The notes beneath the pieces were generated by a model. That model saw only the letters and a list, made by a program, of their open reading frames with translations, searched no databases and was not told the DNA's origin. A stretch of 64,000 nucleotides of DNA from positions 124,001 through 188,000 of IMG/VR virus record IMGVR_UViG_3300008259_005066; one strand, written 5' to 3'. Made by a program: the position numbers and the translations under genes. Within the stretch, counting starts at the first letter, position 1, and each line of letters begins with the position of its first letter. Below are positions 17,359-26,485 of the stretch, piece by piece.

Positions 17359-18417
17359 TTATTCCTCCTGTTCTGATTCAGCAATACTTACCTCAGTCTT
17401 CTGATTTTGGAAATCTCGCATGACTTTGTCAAGGCAACCGTCTTCGTTGGATTCCCAGCCTTTGCGGAAGTATTTAATGATCTCTCCTTCGCTGGTCACA
17501 AACATGAGTTTGTTGCCATCTTTCTTTAACATACCTTTTTTCTCTGCCAAGTCGGTGAGTCCGGAATAAGGATTCATACCTGTTTCATAGGGGATCTTGA
17601 CCTGCACACCTTCGAATGGTTTGGCATAGCGTGTTTTCATCACTTTACAAGCAGATCGGATACCCATGACATCTGAAATTTTGTTGCCATCTTCATCTTC
17701 TTTGAGTTTGAGTTTGCGCATGGCAACCACAATACTAGAAGCATAGATAAAGCCTTGACCGCCGGAGATTTTATCATCAGGATCGAACATGTCTTGGCTG
17801 GCATAGGTATGATTGGTACACACCATGCCCACGTTGTAGTTACCAAACATGTTTACGCAGTTACGCACCAAAGCAGTAAGGCTCTTGGCTTTGCGACCTA
17901 GGTCACCTTTCATGTCACCGGCTTCAAACTGGTTCACGTCAGTGGGTGTGAGCAACATACCCACAGAGTCGATCACAAACATGACCTTGGGGCGTTCATC
18001 TGCAGGCAAGCCTTTGTAGTCAGCCATGAATGTTGAAATAGTTTTGGCCACATCATCGATCATGGCCATGCTCAGTTTTAACAGTTTCCGTTCATCTGTA
18101 TCCACCCCCAGGGCGTGCAACCATGCTTCGTCCAAGGCGTTCTCTGTGTCAATCAATACCACAAAAATACCTTGTTCCTGCGCATGCTTGACGATGTTGC
18201 CACTACAGATATAACTTTTGCCTGCACCAGACTCACCGGCGAACACAGTGACCTTGCCCAAGGGCACACCTTTGTTAAAGTCTCCAGAGATAAGATAATT
18301 CAAGGCGAAATTACCTGTAGAGATCCAGTCTGTTGGATCATTGAAACCGATACTCAATCCATCGATTGATTTTGTTATTTCCTTGCGGAATTTTGAAACG
18401 TCAAAGGGTTTACCCAT
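17359..18417 (-). CDS. uvsX: UvsX RecA-like recombinase
   Basis: Walker A GESGAGKS, IDTENA, VIDS, SGGQGFIYASS. Confidence 0.95.
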   Translation of the reverse strand: MGKPFDVSKFRKEITKSIDGLSIGFNDPTDWISTGNFALNYLISGDFNKGVPLGKVTVFAGESGAGKSYICSGNIVKHAQEQGIFVVLIDTENALDEAWLHALGVDTDERKLLKLSMAMIDDVAKTISTFMADYKGLPADERPKVMFVIDSVGMLLTPTDVNQFEAGDMKGDLGRKAKSLTALVRNCVNMFGNYNVGMVCTNHTYASQDMFDPDDKISGGQGFIYASSIVVAMRKLKLKEDEDGNKISDVMGIRSACKVMKTRYAKPFEGVQVKIPYETGMNPYSGLTDLAEKKGMLKKDGNKLMFVTSEGEIIKYFRKGWESNEDGCLDKVMRDFQNQKTEVSIAESEQEE

Positions 18418-18436
18418 ATTTCACCTGTCTAGAAGA

Positions 18437-18458
18437 ACACAGGGGCGAACCCCTGTGT
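18437..18458 (-). terminator. hairpin/terminator between gp32 and uvsX
   Basis: ACACAGGGG-TTCG-CCCCTGTGT 9-bp stem followed by TCTTC. Confidence 0.7.
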
Positions 18459-18473
18459 GATTGCTCGTATATA

Positions 18474-19463
18474 TTACTGTTTGTTTTGACGTGCGCGGAT
18501 CATGGCCAAGATGTCTTGGGCATTTTGTGCACCTGGTTTGGCCTGCACCGGCGCTGTGGGCGTGGGTGCGTCATCGCCTTCGTCGAACGAGATGGCAGTA
18601 GAAACAGGTGCCGACTTCTCCACTGGTGCGGCTGATTCTACAACAGTTTCAGAGCCTGTGGAAGAACCTTGCGGAGCCGCTACACCAGCCGGACGGAAGT
18701 ATGCACCCCAACGGTCGGGATCGTAAGGTTTGCCGTCGACAGAAGCCTCAAACATTTCTTTCATAACTTTGAGTTCTGCTTCGCCGGGTTTCTTAGGAAG
18801 GAAGTCGGACAAATTGAACAAGCCATGAGCCTCGATCGCGGCCTGTTCTGCTTCTGTCAACGCACTCTCCTTACGAGCCCATTTGGAGGTTGAGTAGTCT
18901 GCGTAACCACCTTTGGATGTCTTGGTGATACGGAAATCCAGACCACGCATCAAGTCTGTTGGCAACTCTTCCAGTTCTGGATCCATGAGTGCGGACTTGA
19001 TTGTTTGGAAAATCTGAGGACCGATGATGAATCGGCGTATGGGATTTTCCGGTGTCTTGTCATCTGCCAGGGGATTTTCGCGGACGAATCCTTGCATGAT
19101 GTATGAACGCTTCTTCCAATACTTACGGCCCATGTCTTCAAGGGCTTTGTCTTTGAACCAGGTGCGCACTTCTGCCAAGATCGGGCAAGCATCGCCCCAC
19201 ATCTCTACGCAGGGAACCTGCACTTGGACCTGTTTGGAATCCATTTCCCCTTTGACGCCATTGAATGGCAGTTTGATCATCGCCCGTTCGACCCAGAAGA
19301 AAGTGTTCTTTGAGTCGCCGTCAGGAAGGAAACGAAGCGTTGCGCTCTGTCCTTCATCGATGTTCCAGTGGGGGTAAATTGCGTTGTCGCCGCCTTGTGA
19401 TTGTCCGCCTTTGTTCGACTCTGCGGCTTGTAGTCGAGCGCGGATTTCTGCTAATGATGCCAT
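18474..19463 (-). CDS. gp32: single-stranded DNA-binding protein (T4 gp32-like)
   Basis: ATLRFLPDG, PCVEMWGDACP, KYWKKRSY, TSKGGYADYSTSKW. Confidence 0.9.
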   Translation of the reverse strand: MASLAEIRARLQAAESNKGGQSQGGDNAIYPHWNIDEGQSATLRFLPDGDSKNTFFWVERAMIKLPFNGVKGEMDSKQVQVQVPCVEMWGDACPILAEVRTWFKDKALEDMGRKYWKKRSYIMQGFVRENPLADDKTPENPIRRFIIGPQIFQTIKSALMDPELEELPTDLMRGLDFRITKTSKGGYADYSTSKWARKESALTEAEQAAIEAHGLFNLSDFLPKKPGEAELKVMKEMFEASVDGKPYDPDRWGAYFRPAGVAAPQGSSTGSETVVESAAPVEKSAPVSTAISFDEGDDAPTPTAPVQAKPGAQNAQDILAMIRARQNKQ

Positions 19464-19526
19464 AATAGAAATTGTCCTTTCAAGAAATTTTAAATTGCCT
19501 ATATATGCCTTGCATACACCCTACTG

Positions 19527-19560
19527 AGTGTAGCATAGATATTTAGCATGTCAATGTCAA
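19527..19560 (-). promoter_or_regulatory. stacked promoters for gp32 (two sigma70-type plus one late motif)
   Basis: TTGACA-N17-TATGCT, TTGACA-N16-TACACT, and CTAAATA at 19540-19546. Confidence 0.7.
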
Positions 19561-19595
19561 AAGGCGATTTTTCTTTTGAACATTGATTTTGGCAT

Positions 19596-19602
19596 GTAAA
19601 TA
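19596..19602 (+). promoter_or_regulatory. late-type promoter motif GTAAATA
   Basis: 7 nt before ATG 19610. Confidence 0.6.
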
Positions 19603-19609
19603 TCGGCAT

Positions 19610-20170
19610 ATGACACAGTATAACACATCTACACAACAAGTCAAGATATATGATCAAGTCTGTCAATTGCAATCAGTGGCACCGAACTGTTGGCTTGTGG
19701 ATGAGTGTTTTTGCTCCGAAACATTGTCATGGATGCAGGACATTGTGATAAACGAACAAAATCAATTCGCAGTTTCACGACCCCATCGCAGACTGATGTT
19801 GCAACCGGGCCCGGATCATGCCCGATTACAACAGATAGGGTTGGATATCATACCTTCATTGAATCAGATCTCTGGATTGGATCTCAATCTCATGATAGTG
19901 AAATTTTGGCTAGACTTGCCGGGCTTTGCCTGCCAGACACATTCAGATTCACCAGACATCATAGTTACCTATCAAGTCTATGTTGACATTTGGTCTTCAA
20001 AACAGGATCCCTGTCACGGTATCGAATTCTTGCATGTGGATCCGCCATACAAGTTAGAGTTGGCCAATAACAAAGGTTATATCAATGTCAATACCGATCT
20101 CAAACCTCATAGGGTATTGCCTGGAATCGGCACACGTGCCAGCGTGACATTTCAATACAATTTGGTATAA
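19610..20170 (+). CDS. 2OG-Fe(II) oxygenase-like protein
   Basis: THSD...KPH...R (HxD...H); start MTQYNT. Confidence 0.65.
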   Translation: MTQYNTSTQQVKIYDQVCQLQSVAPNCWLVDECFCSETLSWMQDIVINEQNQFAVSRPHRRLMLQPGPDHARLQQIGLDIIPSLNQISGLDLNLMIVKFWLDLPGFACQTHSDSPDIIVTYQVYVDIWSSKQDPCHGIEFLHVDPPYKLELANNKGYINVNTDLKPHRVLPGIGTRASVTFQYNLV

Positions 20171-20715
20171 CTCAATACCAGCACTTCTCTCACTGTGTTG
20201 CCCGGCACGCAGGACAGCATGCCACAGAATCCACGAGGTTCATTGACATAGATGCTGGCTAGATTGGGTTCATAATTGACCACATCAACATCGTGTCTAG
20301 TGAGCCGGCGCATAGGCTGATAGTCTAGTTCGCTTTCCGCATTGACCTGGCTGTCATGACAGAAACAGAATGCCATACGGCAGTCGGATTCTTCGCCCAT
20401 GCCAATCTGCACCTGCACCAAGATGTCAGGATGTAGCCTGTGCATCATTATGGAACTGCCGGCTAGATCGATGCTGACATAGGCCACTTGCGGTGCCAGA
20501 GGCCGGCCGACCAGTTGGCTCACACGTTCAGTGTTGGCTTCTACTATCTGTTGTAATTCGGGAGTGTCTGACCATGGTGTGAGCAAACGGTCGTCATACT
20601 GCATGGAAAATGGCACGCGAGATCGTCTATATGCCAGTTTGATCGATCGCCATTGATCGGGTTCAAAGAAATCTTTGGCCGTCCACAGTTGCTGATTGAT
20701 CCGGACAGCGTTCAT
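20152..20715 (-). CDS. divergent paralog of the adjacent 2OG-Fe(II) oxygenase-like protein
   Basis: IDLAGSSIMMHRLHPDILVQVQ aligns ungapped with LDLPGFACQTHSDSPDIIVTYQ of 19610..20170. Confidence 0.55.
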   Translation of the reverse strand: MNAVRINQQLWTAKDFFEPDQWRSIKLAYRRSRVPFSMQYDDRLLTPWSDTPELQQIVEANTERVSQLVGRPLAPQVAYVSIDLAGSSIMMHRLHPDILVQVQIGMGEESDCRMAFCFCHDSQVNAESELDYQPMRRLTRHDVDVVNYEPNLASIYVNEPRGFCGMLSCVPGNTVREVLVLSYTKLY

Positions 20716-22223
20716 GACCGAGCTAGATTCAATAATCTATCTAGCCCTTGGCTTTCTTTGATGCCTATATATTCGGTTCGTTGACCAGCGGGTCTGATGC
20801 CCACTTCCATGCTGGGGTATTTGTTCTTGAGATTCTGTGCGTGTTTCCGGGCCTGCTCACGATTGCCATATTGATGTAGGCCGGATTCGATACCATCACG
20901 CCTGCGTATCACATCATAGGGTCCTTGAGCATCTGGTTCTGCAGAGATGTCGCCCATGGCCAATCTTTTTACCTGTCCTTCTTTGACTGCATCAAGGTCT
21001 ATGGCATCCATACCTGGTATGCCCAACTGTTCCAATCTTTTTTGCACACGAGGATCGTCCCACACATTGGCGTCAGGGTTGGTCATGGCCATGTCTTCCA
21101 AGATGTCAAACAGTTCGTCGTCGCCAATGATGTCATACAGTTGTTCTGTGGCATTGGAAGCATCAGGTCCCACGATGAGATCTTTGCTCATCAAGATCTG
21201 TAATTTTTTTACCTGCTCAGGAGTCTCTGGTATGGCCCAGGTGCCTTCCATCACACGGTCAGTCCATGATTCAAATTCGTCGGCTTCGGGGAGATCCTGT
21301 TCTTGCAGTCGTGCCAGCACAGGCAAGGCCTGTTCTACTCTAGGATCCAAAGTCTGTTTCACGAACAATTCGCGTATGGTCTCCACTGCTTCGTCTATCT
21401 CTGTGATCTCAGCAGGATCAAAACTGTCACGTTCTTCGTGATAGCCTCTGCGACCTATCATCTTCTTGGCCTTGGCTTTGAGATCAGCGTAGTGGCGTAT
21501 GGCAGCTTCTACCATGTGCGCGGCTTCACCGGTATAGTCACGATGCCGTGCCGCACGCACGAAGTTGCTGAGCGTTTTCATCTCATCCACGATCTCTGTG
21601 ATGTGGATGCCAAAGGCATCGTAGGGTGTGCCACCTTCGGCCACGTGTCGTGCCAGCATGCGACCATGTGTGAGGCTGCGGCTGGGCACACGGAAACGTT
21701 CACCTTCGGCATTCTCTACATAGAGGCTTTCGATATGGCGGAAACGTGCATCACCTTCACCCAAGGTTTTGTTGTGTTTGATCACAAGCCGTGCGCGATT
21801 GGGTTGATCTGAGTAGGAAATCTTGCGGTTGCCATAGTAGCCTTCAAACAGGCTTTCTTTGACGGCAGCCATGGTCTTCATGTTGTATTTGAGTCTGCTG
21901 AGATTTTTTACGTTAAACGTGAGCAGATTGCGTTTGGCGAACATGCGAACCAGATACAGGAAATCATACCAGTCGCCACGATCATTGCCTTCCATGGCTC
22001 GTGCCATGTTGTCTCCAAAATACATGTCCAGGTTGTTTTCACCGTCCAGGGCCACTACCACAGTGCCATAGTCCTTTTCAGGAGTGGCATAGTCAAAACT
22101 GATGATGTCTGCATCAGCAGGATCAGCGGCGGGTTTGCCTTGGCTGTCCAGGGCTTCGGGTTCAAAATCCTGCGCTACGAGCAGGTCATATAGTTGGCGT
22201 GCGGGTGTGTTTTTATCGCTCAT
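20712..22223 (-). CDS. hypothetical head-associated protein
   Basis: 503-aa ORF after terminase with late motif; several (L/V/I)xE sites. Confidence 0.6.
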   Translation of the reverse strand: MSDKNTPARQLYDLLVAQDFEPEALDSQGKPAADPADADIISFDYATPEKDYGTVVVALDGENNLDMYFGDNMARAMEGNDRGDWYDFLYLVRMFAKRNLLTFNVKNLSRLKYNMKTMAAVKESLFEGYYGNRKISYSDQPNRARLVIKHNKTLGEGDARFRHIESLYVENAEGERFRVPSRSLTHGRMLARHVAEGGTPYDAFGIHITEIVDEMKTLSNFVRAARHRDYTGEAAHMVEAAIRHYADLKAKAKKMIGRRGYHEERDSFDPAEITEIDEAVETIRELFVKQTLDPRVEQALPVLARLQEQDLPEADEFESWTDRVMEGTWAIPETPEQVKKLQILMSKDLIVGPDASNATEQLYDIIGDDELFDILEDMAMTNPDANVWDDPRVQKRLEQLGIPGMDAIDLDAVKEGQVKRLAMGDISAEPDAQGPYDVIRRRDGIESGLHQYGNREQARKHAQNLKNKYPSMEVGIRPAGQRTEYIGIKESQGLDRLLNLARS

Positions 22224-22230
22224 GGTATTA

Positions 22231-22237
22231 TATTTAT
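22231..22237 (-). promoter_or_regulatory. late-type promoter motif ATAAATA
   Basis: 7 nt before ATG 22223. Confidence 0.65.
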
Positions 22238-23802
22238 TAGAACACGGCTATGAAGGGCATGGGTTCTATGATGGTATCCGAATGATCACGCAGTTGTGTG
22301 TCCAGTTCTTGATGATAACTCTGGAGCAGTTGCATCATGCGCACAGCCAACAGCGTGGCCATGACAAGATCATCGGTTTCGCCTACTTTGGCCGCGTAAC
22401 TGGCACCGTGCGCTATGAAGTTCTTGAGTTCAGTGATGAGGCTGGCAGAATTAATGCGCATCCTACCAGTTTCAATGAGATTTTTCAGTTTGGCGCAGGC
22501 CGCCAGTTTGGGCTTGTTGGTGGTGTTGAATCCTTTGCGATATCTGCGTCCGCCGCCACTGCTGGGATCGCTGAGGAAATAGCCCTGGATGTTTTCTTCG
22601 CCATATTCTGCTATGGATATCAAGGCAGCTTCGCCAATGGTATTGTTCTCCACTGTAAAATAGATGCTTTTGGAATCACGCAGTGTTTCATTAATGTGTT
22701 TGCACACATCGGCCAAGATGCGAACCTGGCTGGGAATGTCGGTCCGGTTGTGCCGCCATTCGGCTACCTGTTCTGTGGTGTTGGCATCAAACACCTGGAT
22801 GGCCGACGGGTCTCCCCCGGTGCCCAGGCTAGGGTCCAGGGCTACTACATAGATATGCTCTTTGTTTATGGGTTTGAACCAGCGCACCTGTCCAGTCTTG
22901 TAGATGGGTTCAGTGGCCACAAGATCGATCAGTTTAGTAGGAGCGATCAAGGTCTCGTCGTCGATGATGAATTCGCAGTCCATCTCTCGGCGGAAACGTT
23001 CTTCGCCCAGTATGGCTTTTTGCTGTGAAGCCCAGGCATCGTCACGGTCAGGATGTTCGCGCCAATATGCACGGAAAGCCCGGAAACCATTCTGCCCTAT
23101 TTCTGTGGGATTGCCGTAGTCATCTTCCAGTTTGTTGGCCAGTTTCCAGATCAGCGCAAACTGATCTTCGTCTGAATTGGGCGTGGACGTAACAATGGCT
23201 TTACCACCAGTTGACAGCGTGGGTGTGATGGAAGTCCAAAACTCTTTGGCTATGCCCGGGCGCACGAACGCAAACTCGTCGCAGTAGAGCAAGGTTATTG
23301 ACATACCACGACCGGTGTTTTCTGTTGTGGTCTGGCTGACGATACGTGATCCATTGTCAAATTCTATAGATCCTTTGTTGTAACTCACAACCCCTGCCCT
23401 GATATGATCTGGACAGGCTTCATAGGCATAACGAACACGTTGCATGATCTCCTGTGCGCCCAGATACTTGTGGGCGGCCACCAAGATGGTCGAATCCGGA
23501 ACGAACATGGCATACCACAGCAGATAGCCTGCTGCCGAAGTAGATTTGCCCGTTTGCCTAGGCATCATGGATATAGAGAATCTATAATTGTGATAGGTCT
23601 CGATCAAGCGTTCTTGGAATTCATAGGGCTGATACAGCATCTTACCATACAAGGGATGTTGTATGTAGAAAAAATGACTCATGAAGTAAGTAGGACCCGA
23701 TTCAGGATCCGCACATTTCACGAACTCATCGACCTGCTGTTCAGTGTAAGGCATCCTGCGATGCGGTTGCTTGATAAGGACGCCTTCGAGACTCTTGGAC
23801 AT
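22237..23802 (-). CDS. gp17: terminase large subunit (T4 gp17-like)
   Basis: PRQTGKS Walker A, LLYCDEFAF Walker B, nuclease VALDPSLG and DDLVMA. Start ATG 23802 (MSKSLEG). Confidence 0.95.
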   Translation of the reverse strand: MSKSLEGVLIKQPHRRMPYTEQQVDEFVKCADPESGPTYFMSHFFYIQHPLYGKMLYQPYEFQERLIETYHNYRFSISMMPRQTGKSTSAAGYLLWYAMFVPDSTILVAAHKYLGAQEIMQRVRYAYEACPDHIRAGVVSYNKGSIEFDNGSRIVSQTTTENTGRGMSITLLYCDEFAFVRPGIAKEFWTSITPTLSTGGKAIVTSTPNSDEDQFALIWKLANKLEDDYGNPTEIGQNGFRAFRAYWREHPDRDDAWASQQKAILGEERFRREMDCEFIIDDETLIAPTKLIDLVATEPIYKTGQVRWFKPINKEHIYVVALDPSLGTGGDPSAIQVFDANTTEQVAEWRHNRTDIPSQVRILADVCKHINETLRDSKSIYFTVENNTIGEAALISIAEYGEENIQGYFLSDPSSGGGRRYRKGFNTTNKPKLAACAKLKNLIETGRMRINSASLITELKNFIAHGASYAAKVGETDDLVMATLLAVRMMQLLQSYHQELDTQLRDHSDTIIEPMPFIAVF

Positions 23803-23807
23803 ACTGT

Positions 23808-23835
23808 TACTTACCAAAATATACGCCGATAAATA
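23808..23835. promoter_or_regulatory. divergent late-type motifs for terminase (GTAAGTA, minus) and HNH (ATAAATA, plus)
   Basis: Each lies 5 nt before its ATG. Confidence 0.65.
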
Positions 23836-23840
23836 TCATT

Positions 23841-24377
23841 ATGAGCGACACGTTAGTATTAGCACCAGACTATCAACCAGTAAACTACTTGCCGCTGTCA
23901 ACCATAGATTGGCAGACTGCTATCAAACTGTTCTTCTTGGACAAGATCCAAGTGCTAGAATGGTATGACGATTGGACTGTGCGCAGTGCCAAATTGGAAA
24001 TGCGTGTGCCTGCTGTGGCTGTCACAAAGAAAGGATTTGGTAAGAATGGTGGTATGCGTTTCAGCCGCCAGAATCTCTATCTGCGTGATCTGTTTACTTG
24101 CCAATATTGCAATGACACCTTGGGCGCAAGACATCTAACCATAGACCATGTGTTGCCCAGAGCACAAGGTGGCATCACTTCTTGGGAAAACTGCGTGACC
24201 TGTTGCAAGACCTGCAACTCCAACAAAGGCAACAAGGTGTGGAGGCCAAACAAAACTCCTTACAAGCCTAACTACTGGAAGTTGGTAGATTCAGTGAAGA
24301 GCACTTATCGAGGGGTGCGGCATCCTTCGTGGCATCTGTATCTGGGCCTCAAAGAAGAACAGATACGAACCTACTGA
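23841..24377 (+). CDS. HNH endonuclease (McrA-like)
   Basis: CQYC...TIDHVLP...ENCVTCCKTCNSNK. Confidence 0.9.
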   Translation: MSDTLVLAPDYQPVNYLPLSTIDWQTAIKLFFLDKIQVLEWYDDWTVRSAKLEMRVPAVAVTKKGFGKNGGMRFSRQNLYLRDLFTCQYCNDTLGARHLTIDHVLPRAQGGITSWENCVTCCKTCNSNKGNKVWRPNKTPYKPNYWKLVDSVKSTYRGVRHPSWHLYLGLKEEQIRTY

Positions 24378-24811
24378 CACCACGACTGCTTGGCGTCACC
24401 GTAGTATTCTCTGGCGAATCCATTTTTAATCAATTCAGCACGTAGGCTCACACCATTCAGTATGATATCTCCCAGAACACGACCACCGAACTTGTCCCAG
24501 GCATAGAGTGTGACTTGGTGCTTTTGTGTTGATGCAACTGCTTGTTTGGTAAAGGCACTGGCAGCTTCACCACGTTGTGCTTCGCTGGGGCACTGAGATC
24601 GGTGTCCTTTTTCTGGAGTGTCAACACCATAGATGCGGACAGCAAGTTCTGGCTTGAGCGGTCGAGGAAGAAACGGCGCACTGATAACAATAGTGTCGCC
24701 GTCGCTGACCCTTAGTATTTGTGCGTCATAGGTAACGCCTTGTGGTGCTTTTTGTGCCAAGGCTGGAACTGCTATGGCTATGAGCAGTGCTAAAAAAACG
24801 TAGAGTTTCAT
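24371..24811 (-). CDS. thermonuclease (SNase family) with signal peptide
   Basis: DGDT, RIYGVDTPE, DKFGGRVL; N-terminus MKLYVFLALLIAIAVPALAQ. Confidence 0.9.
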   Translation of the reverse strand: MKLYVFLALLIAIAVPALAQKAPQGVTYDAQILRVSDGDTIVISAPFLPRPLKPELAVRIYGVDTPEKGHRSQCPSEAQRGEAASAFTKQAVASTQKHQVTLYAWDKFGGRVLGDIILNGVSLRAELIKNGFAREYYGDAKQSWCQ

Positions 24812-24822
24812 CTTGATATCCT

Positions 24823-26445
24823 TTATGTTATTTCTTGCCATTCCACACTGGCATAGACGTCTTGATTGGTGCCGGTGGTGGCCATGGTAATCACATACTC
24901 GTATGGTGTGCCAGTAAAAGGCTCTCGCTCCAGCTGATATTCAAAAGTAAATGTTTCTTGCGTGGGAGAACCTGTGCTCTGGTTGGTTGAGTTTATGAAT
25001 GACTGTTCAGCGATGTCGCCTGACACCAAGGCTGTGGGAGCGAGGTTGTATTGCACTGAACTGTCTACAGCTGAATCCGTCCATGAGCCACCTGATGTGA
25101 TGGCTTTTTTATAGATTCGGAACTGGAATATGCTGGCAGCCACAGGTACCAGGCTGTAGTTTATGGGTATAACCACGGCATTGAGATTGGTGCTCTTGAG
25201 TCGGATAGCGATAACGGGTTTAAAAGTCTGATCATTGGGCAAGCGAACCGGAGTGCCTATGGCATGACTGGCGGCTCTGGGATTGCCTGATCCACTCAGT
25301 TGGAATCCACCTTCAGAGATCACTGTGCTACAGATCTGTGTCATCATGCTGGTGCCGGCGACAGCGCCAGTGTTGGTTATTTCATAGCGTATGGGCAAGG
25401 TGGCCGTGGTCATGTAGACCTTGGTGTTGCCCGGTTGATTGGCATGAGGAAATGAATGACAGATAATATACGCACCGTTGATGACAAAGCCCACACGCAC
25501 TGAGCCCACGCCCAGCCACTCCACATCAGCAAAAAAGATCTGTGTTCGATCAGGATACAGCGTGATACCAGACGGATTGGTCACAGGTCCTGTGCCATTG
25601 AGTTGATCGACATTCCAGGCATCTTGTCTGATACGCTCTTCCACTCCAGTGGATCCTGAACGTATGACCATGTAGTTGTAGGATCCATCGTTTTCAAAAT
25701 ACACACCGTCGTTGGCATCAAACAAGCCCACACGCTGGCGGAGATTTGTCTTTGGTGTGTTAAAACAAAATGTGTTCAGTGTGAGTTGGCTCTTGCCAGG
25801 CTGGTAAGGAAATGGCTTCAGCGTTTCTCTCAGCACTGAATCGCCCGACGCTGTGCCCACGTTGAGCTGATAGGAACTCTGAGCGGCTACATATACCACG
25901 TTGCCAGTGCCAGATATGGAGTTAGCAAACTGGCCATGATCGTAGTAGCGAGCCTGAGTTTCAAACAGGCTAACAGGTTCAGACACACGCAGACGCCCAA
26001 ACGCATCGGCAGTGGCTCCGCCAAACCCAGATATCACTACATTGGCGTCATCAGCCAGCACCACATTGGCCGTGCCAGTGATGCCCACATTGCCATCTAT
26101 GGTTATGCTTCCACCACCATCAACCACAGTGACGTTGGCAGTGATACCCGCGATGTTTCCGGTTATGCCCACATTGCCCGACGTTATAGCGACATTGGTG
26201 TTGCCTGAGATCACCCAAGGTGTGGTGCCCTGGAAAACAGTGACATTGCCCGATATGGGCATGGTGTTGCCTGTGAGATCGATATTACCCAGTGCGCCAA
26301 TGCTTATATTGCCCACTGACACATTGCCAACTAGCACAGCGTTGGTGCGGACAAATACGTTGCCGGTGGCCTCGTCCAGCTCCAGGGCCTGCGTTATGTT
26401 ACGTAGATACCACGGTGCTACGTTAGCTGGATTTGGATAGGCCAT
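24823..26445 (-). CDS. hypothetical virion structural protein
   Basis: 540 aa; GNV/GNI repeats followed by beta-rich domain; CTAAATA 7 nt upstream (26453-26459). Confidence 0.6.
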   Translation of the reverse strand: MAYPNPANVAPWYLRNITQALELDEATGNVFVRTNAVLVGNVSVGNISIGALGNIDLTGNTMPISGNVTVFQGTTPWVISGNTNVAITSGNVGITGNIAGITANVTVVDGGGSITIDGNVGITGTANVVLADDANVVISGFGGATADAFGRLRVSEPVSLFETQARYYDHGQFANSISGTGNVVYVAAQSSYQLNVGTASGDSVLRETLKPFPYQPGKSQLTLNTFCFNTPKTNLRQRVGLFDANDGVYFENDGSYNYMVIRSGSTGVEERIRQDAWNVDQLNGTGPVTNPSGITLYPDRTQIFFADVEWLGVGSVRVGFVINGAYIICHSFPHANQPGNTKVYMTTATLPIRYEITNTGAVAGTSMMTQICSTVISEGGFQLSGSGNPRAASHAIGTPVRLPNDQTFKPVIAIRLKSTNLNAVVIPINYSLVPVAASIFQFRIYKKAITSGGSWTDSAVDSSVQYNLAPTALVSGDIAEQSFINSTNQSTGSPTQETFTFEYQLEREPFTGTPYEYVITMATTGTNQDVYASVEWQEIT

Positions 26446-26485
26446 AATATACTATTTAGCTAGGGCTGGTAGCGCAACAAAGTGG

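Noticed and set aside
22102-23028. Long plus-strand ORFs, e.g. 657..1145, 3696..4379, 22102..23028, 26492..27373, 47762..48598, 48731..49765, 61417..62310
   Set aside because: They lie antisense to genes with clear motifs and lack RBS/promoter context or recognisable domains. They are shadow frames.
17359-23802. Inteins or introns in uvsX, gp32 or terminase
   Set aside because: Lengths are normal, motifs are contiguous, and no intein or homing-domain signature was seen.
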